Shown here piece after piece: positions 1 through 9,504 of a DNA stretch of 64,000 nt. Under the pieces are notes generated by a model that worked only from the letters and a program-made list of their open reading frames with translations, did not search any database and was not told the DNA's origin. The DNA is from an uncultured delta proteobacterium (GTDB taxonomy: Bacteria > Myxococcota_A > Polyangia > Polyangiales > B10-G4). Each line of letters starts with the position of its first letter. The first letter of the stretch is position 1. The stretch lies in the NCBI GenBank assembly GCA_963727445.1, contig CAVSGI010000012.1, forward strand, positions 32,001-96,000. The letters are read 5' to 3'. Made by a program: the position numbers and the translations under genes.

Positions 1-171
1 GTCGCGCCGAGACCGCTCGGCGCGCGCACGACGCATCGAACACTTCCTGCGCGCCGAGGCCCAAGACCCCAACGCCGCGAGAATCCCTTTGCCCTACAGG
101 ACTCAGACGGGCACCCATCCGTGGCCTTAGGCGATCACGAATGTAGGTATGATCTGTCGACTCGCGCTTCC

Positions 172-202
172 GGCGGGAGTGGCGGGAGGCCGTTTGTGAT
201 GG
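172..202 (-). repeat. Right half of the target repeat (module A) interrupted by the IS
   Basis: Minus strand CCATCACAAACGGCCTCCCGCCACTCCCGCC resembles 22700-22730 and 15517-15543. Confidence 0.75.
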
Positions 203-229
203 CTTCTGTGAAGCGGCCACCCCGGTCAA

Positions 230-491
230 CAGGTTTGTCTGATTTTCGTTCTACGTCGTTGCACGTCTCCTTCGCCTCGGCTCGGGTTCGTCGTTTCGCT
301 CATACGTGACGGGTTGTTCAGCCTTCTGTTCGCGCTCGACTGGGGCGGCATCGAGGCCGCGGCGCAGGGTGGGATTCGGTGGTGGTCGGCGCCATCTATC
401 CATCGGCGTTCGACAGCAGCCAGCCAGCACATCGCGCTCGACCACCATAATCGGTTCCCTTCACGAAGAGCGGGTCATCGTCGGTTGCGGG
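230..491 (-). ncRNA. Putative bridge/seek RNA of the IS1111-type element
   Basis: Non-coding 3' end with segments matching the right target (422-430, 8/9), left target plus core (396-402, 7/7), IS left end (~368-375) and IS right end plus core (323-329, 7/7). RNA boundaries are approximate. Confidence 0.7.
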
Positions 492-1523
492 TCAGGCTGC
501 AGCAGCCTCCTCACGGCTCGCTGTCGCCTCGAAGCGCGTCCCGTCTCGCCACATCGCGTACAAGATCCCCGCGAGCTTGCGCGCCAGCGCCACCGCCGCG
601 ATCCGCTTGCCGCGGCGTGCGGCGATGCGCTCCGTCCAGTCGCGTAGCGCCTTCGTCTCCGGTCGTTTGTGACGCAAGATCCCCCAGGCCGCTTCGACGA
701 GCAGCGACCTGAGACGGCGATTGCCGGTCTTCGTGATGTGGCCCCGCATCCGTTTTTCGCCAGAGCTCAGCTCGCGGGGCACCAGGCCGAGGTAGGCGCG
801 CACTTGTGAGGCGTTGTGGAAGCGACCGATCTGGTCGACCACGGCGACGAAGGTCACCGCCGTCACCGGCCCGATGCTCGGCACGGTGCACAGGCGTTCG
901 ACGGTCTCGTCGCCCTTGGCGAGCTCGGCGAGGCGCTTGTCGGCGTCGCGGATCTGCATGGTGAGCTGCTCGAGCATCGTGAGCAGCGGCGCGACCTCGA
1001 GCGCCAGGTGGGCGGGCAGTGACAGCTCCTCGATGCGCGCCGCGAAGGTCGCCGCTCCGCCGCTTCGTGGCGACAAGCCCTCGCGCCGCACAAGCGCTCG
1101 GGTGAGCGAGATGTACTTCGTTCGCGTGCGCACCAGCGCATCACGCACCGCGACCTGCGCTCGCCGATGACGGGCCGCGTCCGAGGCGCGGTGCGCTGGG
1201 CGGTACGCGCCGAGCCGGCAGGCGTCGCAGAGCGCCCGCGCATCGCGCCGGTCCGTCTTCACCTTGCGGCTTCGCGTGGCATACATCGGCGCGAAGTTCG
1301 GGTCCGCCACGATCACCTCATGGCCCAGCTCCTCGAGCCACCGCGCCACCCACTCGCTGTCCGTCGACGCCTCCATCAGGATCTTCGCCCGGGCGCGGTC
1401 CGCGAACACCTTCGCCAGCGCATCGCGCGTCGTCGCCACGCGCCGCTCCCGCAGCTCTCCCTCGCTCGTCTGGATGCAGACCTGACTTGTCTTCTTGTGA
1501 ACATCGATGCCAATGTGTTCCAC
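492..1523 (-). CDS. IS110-family DEDD recombinase/transposase
   Basis: N-terminal IGIDVHK, MEAS and KTDRRDA (DEDD RuvC-like) motifs; C-terminal TVPSIGPVTA, YLGLVPRELSSGEK (catalytic Ser) and GNRRLRSLL motifs; GGAGG RBS before the GTG. Confidence 0.95.
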   Translation of the reverse strand: MEHIGIDVHKKTSQVCIQTSEGELRERRVATTRDALAKVFADRARAKILMEASTDSEWVARWLEELGHEVIVADPNFAPMYATRSRKVKTDRRDARALCDACRLGAYRPAHRASDAARHRRAQVAVRDALVRTRTKYISLTRALVRREGLSPRSGGAATFAARIEELSLPAHLALEVAPLLTMLEQLTMQIRDADKRLAELAKGDETVERLCTVPSIGPVTAVTFVAVVDQIGRFHNASQVRAYLGLVPRELSSGEKRMRGHITKTGNRRLRSLLVEAAWGILRHKRPETKALRDWTERIAARRGKRIAAVALARKLAGILYAMWRDGTRFEATASREEAAAA

Positions 1524-1644
1524 GGCTGGCCTCCACTCTGCGGCTCTTGACCGCGTTTACGGTTGTGGGGCTACGGCTACCACGTCAGTGGCGGCCAGCC
1601 GCTTACATCCCATCTATCCACCCTTTGGGATGTACGATGAGCTC

Positions 1645-3618
1645 ATGGGGGTTCGAAGCTCTGCCACTTGGGCAGCGATGATCGTGTTCTGCTGCCACGC
1701 GTGCGGCAGCGATACACCTCGGCCCGTCGACAGCTCCGCCCCACGTCCGGACACCAGCCCTGTGGATTCTGGTTCCATCGCATCGCCGTGTCAGGGGACG
1801 GTGGCTCCCTGCACGGGCTCTACCGTCGCGGAGTGTGAAGCGACCCTCGGTTGTCACTTCGGCTACTGTGAGGATCCAGATGGCCTCCGGCGATGCTCGC
1901 TTCGCGACTTGCTGGAGTGCAACATCCTCGGCTGCTACGTCGAAGGCGCAGTGTGCACCGGGTCCGCGGCGTCCTGCGACACCTTCGAGTCCCCGGACGA
2001 ATGCAGCGCGCAGGACTGCAGCTGGCGAACAGCCAGCGCGACAGGGACAGAGGAAATGTGTCTGGGAAGCGCCACTCCCTGCGCCGACCTCGACGCAGCC
2101 CGCTGCATGTCGCAGCCAGGGTGCGTTCCAACCGGTGATGCCGGTGCAGACGCCGCGATGGACGCGGGACCGGACTACACGATCATCGGCTTCGTCACGC
2201 CTGGCCTGGGTGCCTACGTAGAAGGCGTCGTGCGGGTGGAGCTCGCGGTGCGTGGGCCGGCCCCCGACCGCATTCAGCTCTTCATCGACCGAATCGCGGG
2301 CGCTATCGCCTCGCTGACCGAACCGTACACCTACGATCTGGACACCAGTCGTGACCCGGAAGGGCCCCTGGTGCTGTTGGCCCAAGCGATTCGTGCCGGC
2401 GAAGTCGTGGCCGAGGCCCGCCGAACGCTCACCGTCGACCGAACGTCCCCCACGGTCGTGACGTGGCCGAGTGAAGGCAACGTCTTCGACGGCATGAGGG
2501 TCGTGTTCTCCGAGGCGATGGCGAGCTCGACCCTGAATGCGTCGACGGTGGAGCTTCTCGTGGACGGCTCACCACATCCGATTGACGTCTCGCCCTCGGA
2601 CACCTTCGTCGACCTCCTGCCCACGGCCGACATCGAGGTCCTACCCACGACAGCGACGATCCAGCTCTCGGACGCGGTCACGGATCTCGCCGGTCATTCG
2701 CTGGGACTTCAGTCATCGGACATCGACTTCCCTCGGTGGGTCTCCATCTCCGATCTCACCTTCGCGGCCGGGGGTACAATCCTCGACATCGTAGAGGGCA
2801 GCGGCGGTCGCCTCCTCGTTCTCTATGAAGTTTCGGACGCGACCTACGTGGCGAGATGGTCCGGACGGACCTGGGCCGCCCGGGTCGCCGGGCCCATCGG
2901 TTACACCGCCGGCACCATCCAAGGTCGCGTTCGGGAGCTCCCGAGCGGGGAGTTCGTGGTCGCGCTGCGAGACTCGTCCAACGTGGACGTCTATCGCATC
3001 TTGGGGTTCCCCGCTTCTCGCATGGGGAGCTTCACCAGCTACGGCTCCATCGACTTGGAGGTCGATGGAACCGACGTCTATCTGGCTCGGAACACGGGCG
3101 TGGCCGTTTTCGTCGACCGGTACCGGGGCGGGACGTTCGGCATGGTGGACACCATCCGTCCCGCCGGCTCAGTCAGCTCCTTCGACTTGGTTGCGTCGTC
3201 GGGCCGGGCCTTCGTTCTCTACCGCGACAGTGACGGCGTCTGTGGTCAGGCGCGGGTGGACTTCACGCCGACCCTCGGACCACCCCTCGCAACCGGTTGC
3301 ACGCTCCTCGCCGCCACGGTGGGAGGCGACGCAAACATCTACGCCGCAACCACCATCGGGTCCACGTCCACGATCCACCGGATCGCCGGCGGGGACTTCC
3401 TCGAGGCGGCCACGGATTCTTTCGACCCGCCCATCGCGGTTCTGAGACCAGCAACGACTGGCTGGATAGCGAAGTCAGGCGGCACGCTTCCCGGCGTCTA
3501 TCGGGGCGATTCGACGCTTCTCTACGAAGGTCCGAGCATGAGTGGAAGGTTCCTCACACCAGGTGACACGCCACATCTGCTCAGTGGCGACGTGCTCTAC
3601 CGAATCAACGCGCTGTAA
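1645..3618 (+). CDS. Surface lipoprotein with Cys-rich region, bacterial Ig-like domains and a beta-rich C-terminus
   Basis: Lipobox-like HACG; Cys-rich repeats; Ig-like motifs (PYTYDLDTS..EGP..L.AQA; TVDRTSPTV..VFSEAM...TL..STVEL; VTDLAG). Start uncertain. Confidence 0.7.
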   Translation: MGVRSSATWAAMIVFCCHACGSDTPRPVDSSAPRPDTSPVDSGSIASPCQGTVAPCTGSTVAECEATLGCHFGYCEDPDGLRRCSLRDLLECNILGCYVEGAVCTGSAASCDTFESPDECSAQDCSWRTASATGTEEMCLGSATPCADLDAARCMSQPGCVPTGDAGADAAMDAGPDYTIIGFVTPGLGAYVEGVVRVELAVRGPAPDRIQLFIDRIAGAIASLTEPYTYDLDTSRDPEGPLVLLAQAIRAGEVVAEARRTLTVDRTSPTVVTWPSEGNVFDGMRVVFSEAMASSTLNASTVELLVDGSPHPIDVSPSDTFVDLLPTADIEVLPTTATIQLSDAVTDLAGHSLGLQSSDIDFPRWVSISDLTFAAGGTILDIVEGSGGRLLVLYEVSDATYVARWSGRTWAARVAGPIGYTAGTIQGRVRELPSGEFVVALRDSSNVDVYRILGFPASRMGSFTSYGSIDLEVDGTDVYLARNTGVAVFVDRYRGGTFGMVDTIRPAGSVSSFDLVASSGRAFVLYRDSDGVCGQARVDFTPTLGPPLATGCTLLAATVGGDANIYAATTIGSTSTIHRIAGGDFLEAATDSFDPPIAVLRPATTGWIAKSGGTLPGVYRGDSTLLYEGPSMSGRFLTPGDTPHLLSGDVLYRINAL

Positions 3619-3732
3619 CGCCGCCTAAACCCTTCTGGCACTCCTTCTTCGCGCTCGCTGCCCTGGCGGTGGGGACTACGCGACGTCCTCTGAGTAGAGG
3701 GCGTCTTGAACGAGGCGCTGAGCCATCCGCGG

Positions 3733-4131
3733 TCAATCGATCGAGAGGAGCACGCCGTGCTCCCAGTGCTCGCGGCGGGCGTGTCCATGGGTACGGCGGG
3801 TGTCGTCGTAGACGTGCAGCGTGTGGAGGGCGTGCTTCTTGCCGTCTCGGTAGGGGCCGCGGTCGGTGATGCGACCATCTGGGGAGGCTTGTTGGAGCTC
3901 GATGGCGCCCACCACATACCAGAGGAAGAGCTCGAGGTGGCAACCGCACGTCTTGCACCGATAGAGGAGGAGGACGCCTTCGTGCACCACGTAGTTCCGG
4001 ACGACCGCGTCGCGGAGGCCTTCCGCTTGCCCGAGCGGCTCCAGGGCGCCGTGCCGCTTCACGAAGTCGCCGACGGGATAGTCGTTGGAAGGGTAGTGAT
4101 CGTGTGCCCACTGGCCGACGTCTTCGAACAT
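3733..4131 (-). CDS. Hypothetical protein (CxxC, MORN/YwqK-like tail), possibly frameshifted at the 5' end
   Basis: Coding-like frame MFEDVGQW...YRCKTCG...GPYRDGKKH...EHWEHGVL; a likely N-terminus (VSEPLQSLLPEPCAACR) lies in another frame. Confidence 0.45.
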   Translation of the reverse strand: MFEDVGQWAHDHYPSNDYPVGDFVKRHGALEPLGQAEGLRDAVVRNYVVHEGVLLLYRCKTCGCHLELFLWYVVGAIELQQASPDGRITDRGPYRDGKKHALHTLHVYDDTRRTHGHARREHWEHGVLLSID

Positions 4132-4239
4132 CCGTCCGACAGGCGGCGCAGGGCTCGGGAAGGAGCGATTGGAGCGGCTCCGACACGAAGAGAGGGTGAC
4201 GCGAGTGCGCACGGAGGTCGAGGGTGTAGGCGGGAGCCC

Positions 4240-4297
4240 CGGTTTCCAGCCTCCGCGGAAGCCAACCGCCTCCCCGCATGCCCGAGTTTCCGAGAAG
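4240..4297 (-). repeat. Dispersed repeat module B (copy 1)
   Basis: Minus strand CTTCTCGGAAACTCGG...GGTTGGCTTCCGCGGAGGCTGGAAACC matches 15576-15626 and 22759-22817. Confidence 0.8.
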
Positions 4298-4345
4298 GCA
4301 CTCGAACCGCGAAGGTAGACTTCGCCCATCCGCTCTCCTCACCGA

Positions 4346-4759
4346 GTGGTCCTCACCGCTCTCGCCCTGCTCGTCCTGATCGCTTGCGGAGACGACGACG
4401 ACGCGCCGCCCTCCAGTCCCACGCCACCGTCCGCCGCGCAGGAGCCGACCTCCGCGGCGGCCGATCCCGGCCAGGCCGCGCCGCTCCCGGTCGTGGAGCT
4501 CCTGCACGCGGTCCCTTCCGCGGTCTCGGTTTCGTCGGCGTACCACGACGACGTCGCGCAAGCCCGGAAGCTCGTCGACGGCGACATGTCGACGGCGTGG
4601 AACTCGCGTACCGGAGACCTCGTTGGCGCATACATCGACGTACGGATACCGGAGAGTGCGACGGTCTCGTCGTTCGAGATCACCGCAGGCTTCACCCGAG
4701 AGGGAGGCGCCACCGATCTCTTCACCGGCAATCACCGCGTGAAGATGCAGCCGGCGTAG
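4346..4759 (+). CDS. Lipoprotein with discoidin/NADase-type glycan-binding-like domain, probably C-terminally truncated
   Basis: LIACG lipobox; VSSAY...KLVDGDMSTAWNS motif; ends abruptly after NHRVK. Confidence 0.55.
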   Translation: MVLTALALLVLIACGDDDDAPPSSPTPPSAAQEPTSAAADPGQAAPLPVVELLHAVPSAVSVSSAYHDDVAQARKLVDGDMSTAWNSRTGDLVGAYIDVRIPESATVSSFEITAGFTREGGATDLFTGNHRVKMQPA

Positions 4760-4778
4760 TCGAGCTCTGCGGCACAGG

Positions 4779-5633
4779 TCACGGCACCCCATCCGTGTCC
4801 GCCGTCGGCGCAGGCGGGCGCTGCTCGACGATGAACGTATCGCCCCAGAACGCGAGCGGAAGGCCGACGGCGAGGGACAACACGTGTAGGGCGATCCCGA
4901 CGCCGATGACGGACTGCCAGACGGTGTCATCCGTGTCGATGAGCTCAGCGGCTCCGACTGGAACGAGAGCGGCGCCCCCGATCCCTCCGATGAGCGAGAC
5001 GAGGGCACCTACCCATCGGGTCGTCGAGCGGTCGGTCCATCGAACCATGACGTCGGTCTGCCCGCTCACGTGGAGCGACGCCTGCTCGGGTTGCCAGATG
5101 TTGCCGCCCGTCGAAACCCCCAGCTCATAGCTCCCGGCCTGCATGGGCACGTTGCAAGGCACTGTGCACAGGCGGTCGTAGATCGGGATGTGCTCTTCCC
5201 AGACCTCGGCATGCCCACCCGACGCACGAACGTTGAGAAGGCGTCCTGTCGCCACGACGTGATGGATGTCGAGCCCATCGCGCTCGCTTTCGAAGTGGAC
5301 AGGATGGGATGGAGCAGTGGCAGGAACGGGTGGTGACACCGCTACCGGCCCCGGTGGGGCAGATGGTTCAGACGCTGCCGTCGGCGACCTGCTCGGCGCG
5401 CTTTCGGCGGGTCCGGCATAGGCGACATCCGCGGCATCGACCCGTCGCTCCTCGCCCGACGGCAACACGATGAGCACGTGACTCTCAGGAACGTACTCGG
5501 AGATCGTGCCGCGCAGCATGCCGCCGTTCGTCAGCTGCACGATGTCTGGTGGCCCCTGGGCATGCGCCGAGGCGCTCATCGCGAAGAACGCGCTTGCGAG
5601 AATCAGGGGGCTCGCAAAGGACGTCGACGTCAC
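4779..5633 (-). CDS. Exported hypothetical protein with two C-terminal TM helices
   Basis: Signal peptide ending AHA-Q; DIVQLTNGGMLRGTISE N-terminal domain; LCTVPC motif; C-terminal hydrophobic helices. Confidence 0.7.
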   Translation of the reverse strand: MTSTSFASPLILASAFFAMSASAHAQGPPDIVQLTNGGMLRGTISEYVPESHVLIVLPSGEERRVDAADVAYAGPAESAPSRSPTAASEPSAPPGPVAVSPPVPATAPSHPVHFESERDGLDIHHVVATGRLLNVRASGGHAEVWEEHIPIYDRLCTVPCNVPMQAGSYELGVSTGGNIWQPEQASLHVSGQTDVMVRWTDRSTTRWVGALVSLIGGIGGAALVPVGAAELIDTDDTVWQSVIGVGIALHVLSLAVGLPLAFWGDTFIVEQRPPAPTADTDGVP

Positions 5634-5854
5634 GCCTCATTCCTCATCCGCCATCCACCACCTGCTGAGAGACTATAACCGCGCATCCCCCTCCCTTGGC
5701 CTGCCGACCGCGACGCCCCGAAGATTGAGCCAGGCGGCCCAATCTCGCGTACACGCGGAGAATTATCTTGACGCTGCGAAGACTCGGCCCCGTGCCAGTG
5801 AGGAACTGAACCGCCCCACTCGCACGAATCAGCCCTACGTTGAAGGCAACCGTG

Positions 5855-6160
5855 GATACGCGCGTCACTTTTCGGCGACTCCTGCCCTTCCGCCGCCTCA
5901 GCCTGCATACCTCCCTCACTCCGAGGAAGGTTCGGGAAGTGCTGGCGGACTCCACCGGATGGGGGGATCCGTTCGACGGTGGGGCGGCCCGGCGTGGAAA
6001 GGAGACGTTGAGGACGAGGGCTTCGTGCTGCAGCGCCGCTTCGGCCAGGGAGTCGTCCTGCGGGGAGCGATTCGAGGCGCGCGCGGCAGCTCCGCCGTGG
6101 ATGTCCTGTTCAGGCCACAACTCTTCGAGCTCTTGTTCATGACGCGCGGTTGCTCGGTGC
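5855..6160 (+). pseudogene. Fragmented hypothetical gene
   Basis: LPFRRLSLHTSLTPRKVREVL in one frame continues as WKGDVEDEGFVLQRR...LRGAIRG..GSSAVDVLFRP in another; no intact end. Confidence 0.4.
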
Positions 6161-6430
6161 TTCCATCGGGCGTGATTCGTTCGCGCCGAACGGGCGAAAG
6201 CTCCTCGAACTGGGCGCGGCCACGTACCCGCAGAACCGTAACCGTTCAGGCCCCCTGTTGAGCGCGCGGCCTTCGCGTGCGACTCGTCGCGCATGACGAC
6301 GACACACGACGAACTGGGCAACTGTGGGAGAGTAGAGGGCTCGCGTCCCTCGTGTCACCTCCACGCGCGTGGACAGGCCGGGCCCACCCGGGGTTGAGCG
6401 GCGACTCGGGCCGGCGTACGTTCGATCACG

Positions 6431-7003
6431 ATGCTCTGTAAGCGTCTTTCCCTCGCCCTTGTCCTCTCGTGCGCGGCGTCCTGCTCACGCTTGGATCTGC
6501 CGAATCCGTCGGTGGTGCGGGACAGCACGGGAGTGGAGTTCGGCTGGAGCTGCGAAGACAGCACGCTCTGCGACATCACCTCCGGGCCTGCTGCGGACGA
6601 CGCTACGACGTGCAGCACCGGAGCTTTCTGGGGGCGGTTTTGGGGAAGGTTCTACTCCGTTTGCGCGGCCTGCCCGACGGGCGTCGGCTCGAGCTGGGGG
6701 GCGGGGGCCGGCGCCTGCCGGCCGCTCGCCTGCGCGGCCGATGCGGACTGTCCCGAGATCATCAGTGACGAGGCCACGAACATCTACGAGTGTTTCGAAG
6801 GTCTCTGTCAGAACGAGGACATCGAACGATTCCCTCGTGACGCGCTGACACGGTCCGACGCCGAGCTGCTGTGTTTTGCGGACGTGCCTCGAAGCGAGAC
6901 GACCTCCATCAGCTCGCCTGCTGTCCGAACGCGCGAAGACGCGCTCGCCAGCCAGTGCCCCGACATCGACGCGAGCTGCGACCTTCCGCCCGAGTGCATG
7001 TGA
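6431..7003 (+). CDS. Cys-rich putative lipoprotein
   Basis: Signal peptide with AASC; many cysteines; GC3-biased frame. Confidence 0.7.
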   Translation: MLCKRLSLALVLSCAASCSRLDLPNPSVVRDSTGVEFGWSCEDSTLCDITSGPAADDATTCSTGAFWGRFWGRFYSVCAACPTGVGSSWGAGAGACRPLACAADADCPEIISDEATNIYECFEGLCQNEDIERFPRDALTRSDAELLCFADVPRSETTSISSPAVRTREDALASQCPDIDASCDLPPECM

Positions 7004-7023
7004 CGAGAGAACAGGCAGTCCGC

Positions 7024-7464
7024 GTGCCGATTTCACACTCGATATCTTCACTCTCGGCTGCGCTGACGATGGTGGGGCTGCTGTCCGCGTGTGGTCAGAC
7101 GAACGAAGCCGAACCGCCGAGCGAGCCGCCGGCGGCGGTGGTCGCGCCCATCCCTCCGCCTACCACGGAAGCCGCGCCGGAGGCGCCCGAGCCACCCGAG
7201 CCCGAGCTTTCCGAGCCAGCGCTCCCCGAGCCCGAGCCCGAGCCCGAGCCGGAGCCCGAGCCCGAGCCACCACCCGCGGCCGAAAACGACGGCACCATGG
7301 CCACCTCAGCCGCCATGCGACCTCGCCGGCGCCGCGCGATCATGGCTGCGGCCCAGCCAGCGCCAGAGCACGCGCACGAGTACGATCCCTGGACCGATCC
7401 CGATTATTGCGGAACGCCAGGGTGTACGCCGCCTGGCCACGGTGAGCAGAGCATCGACCCGTGA
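7024..7464 (+). CDS. Pro/Glu-rich lipoprotein
   Basis: LLSACG lipobox; (EP)n low-complexity tract at 7225-7270. Start uncertain. Confidence 0.55.
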   Translation: MPISHSISSLSAALTMVGLLSACGQTNEAEPPSEPPAAVVAPIPPPTTEAAPEAPEPPEPELSEPALPEPEPEPEPEPEPEPPPAAENDGTMATSAAMRPRRRRAIMAAAQPAPEHAHEYDPWTDPDYCGTPGCTPPGHGEQSIDP

Positions 7465-7491
7465 GCCTCTACTTCGGGCGTATCCCCAACC

Positions 7492-7899
7492 TCATTCGGG
7501 CGCCCCGCACACGAGCCACGACAGCAGCGCGGCGCGCTCGTCGCTCGCGAGCGGCGCCGCTTCGGCGGGCGGCATGCGGCAGGAGTAGACCTGGGTCAGC
7601 ATCGAGCCACGCTGCGCGTAGACGCTGTCGTAGGTGCTGAAGTCGTGGCGCGCCTGTTCGGCGCCGCCCGGCCCGTGACACTCCCAGCACCGCGCCTCGA
7701 TGATCGCGGCGACGTCGTCCGTGTACGTCGGTGCCGGCGAGGGGCAGTCGGCGGGCAGATCGTTGGGGCACGCGCCCCCATCCACCATGCCGTCGTCATC
7801 TCCGCAGCCGAGGGCGAACGCGAGGACGACGGCGCTCAGGGCACGTCGACGAAGAACGCGGCGTGCCCGTGGGGGGAGTCTTCGGGGATGTCGGAGCAT
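7492..7899 (-). CDS. Monoheme c-type cytochrome lipoprotein
   Basis: ALGCG lipobox; PTY..DVAAIIEARCWECH; MPP...L..ER..L..W...GAP. The true start is probably near 7850. Confidence 0.75.
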   Translation of the reverse strand: MLRHPRRLPPRARRVLRRRALSAVVLAFALGCGDDDGMVDGGACPNDLPADCPSPAPTYTDDVAAIIEARCWECHGPGGAEQARHDFSTYDSVYAQRGSMLTQVYSCRMPPAEAAPLASDERAALLSWLVCGAPE

Positions 7900-8462
7900 T
7901 CGTCGTTGAAGTGGAAGCGTACCGTCCAGCGCCCCGACGCGTCGAACTGAACGGGCCCGACCGTATAGCTCCCAGGCGAGGTCTCCGTCGCCACCACGTC
8001 GGTGTTCGGTGCCGGATGCGTCTCGTCGAGGAAGATCTCGAGCTCGGGATGGGAGTTCATGAGCGGACCGCCGCCGTCCTTGTGGGTCGCGGTCACCATG
8101 AAGGTGACGTCGGTACCCTGGCAGATCGGGGATGACGACCAGCTGACGTGGTACTTGCAGTCGTCGTCATCGCCTTCGGTGCCGTACATGGTCGGCCCGT
8201 ATTCGTCCTCTTCGGCGCCCGCATCCCCGGCGCCCGCATCACCCGCGTCCGCGCCCGCATCGGCGCTGGCGTCGGGCGGGGTGTAGTCGCAGGACATGGC
8301 GCTTGTCGGCTGCACCATGCTTCCGCAGTGCATGTCGGCTGCGCCCATCACCGGCCCCCCGGCGACCTCGCACATCATCGAGCCGCCGTCGTCGCCGCAG
8401 GCGCTCGCGAAGGGCAACAATGTGGCAACGAAGGCGAGTGAGCAAAGCGAGGAGGCGTTCAT
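7836..8462 (-). CDS. YtkA/FixH-like lipoprotein
   Basis: ASACG lipobox; ETSPGSYTVGPVQFDASGRWTVRFHF YtkA-like fold; C-terminal PHGHAAF. Confidence 0.65.
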   Translation of the reverse strand: MNASSLCSLAFVATLLPFASACGDDGGSMMCEVAGGPVMGAADMHCGSMVQPTSAMSCDYTPPDASADAGADAGDAGAGDAGAEEDEYGPTMYGTEGDDDDCKYHVSWSSSPICQGTDVTFMVTATHKDGGGPLMNSHPELEIFLDETHPAPNTDVVATETSPGSYTVGPVQFDASGRWTVRFHFNDECSDIPEDSPHGHAAFFVDVP

Positions 8463-8585
8463 GATGGGCAGAACGTACCACCCAGCCCGCCTCGAATCGA
8501 TGCGGCGAATCGTCGCAGCAGGCATGCGAATTTCCGCAGCTGCGTTACACTCATCGTCGTGGTGCATCATCTTGACTTTCGGGGC

Positions 8586-9050
8586 GTGGCAATCGTCGCG
8601 TCGCTTCTGACCCTCGCCACCGCGTGTGGGAGCGACGACACCGCTCCACCAGTCATGAACGACGCGGCGATGGAGTGCACGGGGGATCCGCGCGCTGACA
8701 TGTACGCGGCCAACATGGAAAAGGTCGGCGAATCCGGCCTGTTCACGTTTCGGCTCGTCTCGAGCGACCCCGCCCCTCCAGTCAAGGGGACCAATGGTTG
8801 GACGCTCGAGATCCTCGACGACGGCGGCATGCCCGTCGACGGAATGACGATCGACGTCACGCCCTACATGCCCGATCACGGCCACGGCACCTCGATCGTT
8901 CCGCAGATCACCGACATGGGAGATGGCGAATACTCGGTGACGCCTCTCTACCTCTTCATGGGCGGGATCTGGGAGGTCACGATCGACGCCACGAGTAGCG
9001 ACGGCGCATCGACCGATTCTGCAGTCTTCACGTTCTGTATTCGTTCATGA
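8586..9050 (+). CDS. YtkA/FixH family lipoprotein
   Basis: ATACG lipobox; PAPPVKGTNGWTL; TPYMPDHGHG; GEYSV.PLYLFMGGIWEV. Confidence 0.85.
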   Translation: MAIVASLLTLATACGSDDTAPPVMNDAAMECTGDPRADMYAANMEKVGESGLFTFRLVSSDPAPPVKGTNGWTLEILDDGGMPVDGMTIDVTPYMPDHGHGTSIVPQITDMGDGEYSVTPLYLFMGGIWEVTIDATSSDGASTDSAVFTFCIRS

Positions 9051-9075
9051 CGCGCACGGCGCTGCCGGCCTGCTC

Positions 9076-9504
9076 ATGTCCCGTGGACTGATGATGGTGG
9101 TGCTCCTGGCTGCGCTCGGCGCGACCCCTGGCTGCGGCCCCGACGGCGAATGCCTCCCCGAGCTACCGCGCGACTGCAGCCCGCTCTACGATCCGACCTA
9201 CGACGAGCTCTTCAGCCGGCGGCTGGTGATGACCTGCGGTGCGTCGAGCACGGGGCGGAGCTGTCATGCGAGCACCGGCGCCCAGGCAGGCCTGGTCTTC
9301 GAGGATCCCGACGTCAGCTACGACCTGCTTCTCGGCACGGGAGGCGGCCGCGCGCGTGTGATGGCCGGAAATCCGGAGTGCAGCCTCCTGATGCAGCGCC
9401 TCGAGTCCACCGACCCGGCCTATGGGATGCCTCCGGGGAGTCGACTGAGCGACGCCGAGCTGTGTAGCTTCACCTTGTGGATTGCGAACGGAGCCGAGCG
9501 ATGA
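9076..9504 (+). CDS. Cytochrome c-like lipoprotein with extended CX8CH motif
   Basis: PTYDELF...TCGASSTGRSCH; GNPECSLLMQRL; MPPG.RLS..E.....WIANGA, typical of planctomycete-type cytochrome c domains. Confidence 0.7.
   Translation: MSRGLMMVVLLAALGATPGCGPDGECLPELPRDCSPLYDPTYDELFSRRLVMTCGASSTGRSCHASTGAQAGLVFEDPDVSYDLLLGTGGGRARVMAGNPECSLLMQRLESTDPAYGMPPGSRLSDAELCSFTLWIANGAER

Larger units (their letters stand above)
203..1615 (-). mobile_element. Complete IS110-family insertion sequence, IS1111-type architecture (short left end, long 3' non-coding end)
   Basis: Core dinucleotide (CT on +, AG on -) at 203-204 and 1614-1615. Subterminal inverted repeats TGTGAAGCGGC (207-217, +) and TGT-AAGCGGC (~1598-1607, -). 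Removing the element rebuilds TGGATAG|CCATCACAAACGGCCTCCCGCCACTCCCGCC, which matches the uninterrupted repeat at 22693-22730. Confidence 0.85.

Noticed and set aside
392..1620. 11-bp direct repeat CCATCTATCCA read as a target-site duplication defining the IS ends
   Set aside because: IS110-family elements do not make long TSDs. The subterminal IR and the reconstructed empty site place the right end at 203, so the 392-402 copy is internal.
7225..7270. (GAGCCC)n and similar tracts at 13150-13290, 28190-28290, 49975-50120 and 52510-52565
   Set aside because: In-frame low-complexity coding linkers (EP, Q-rich, DA, EA, DAPA), not independent repeat elements.
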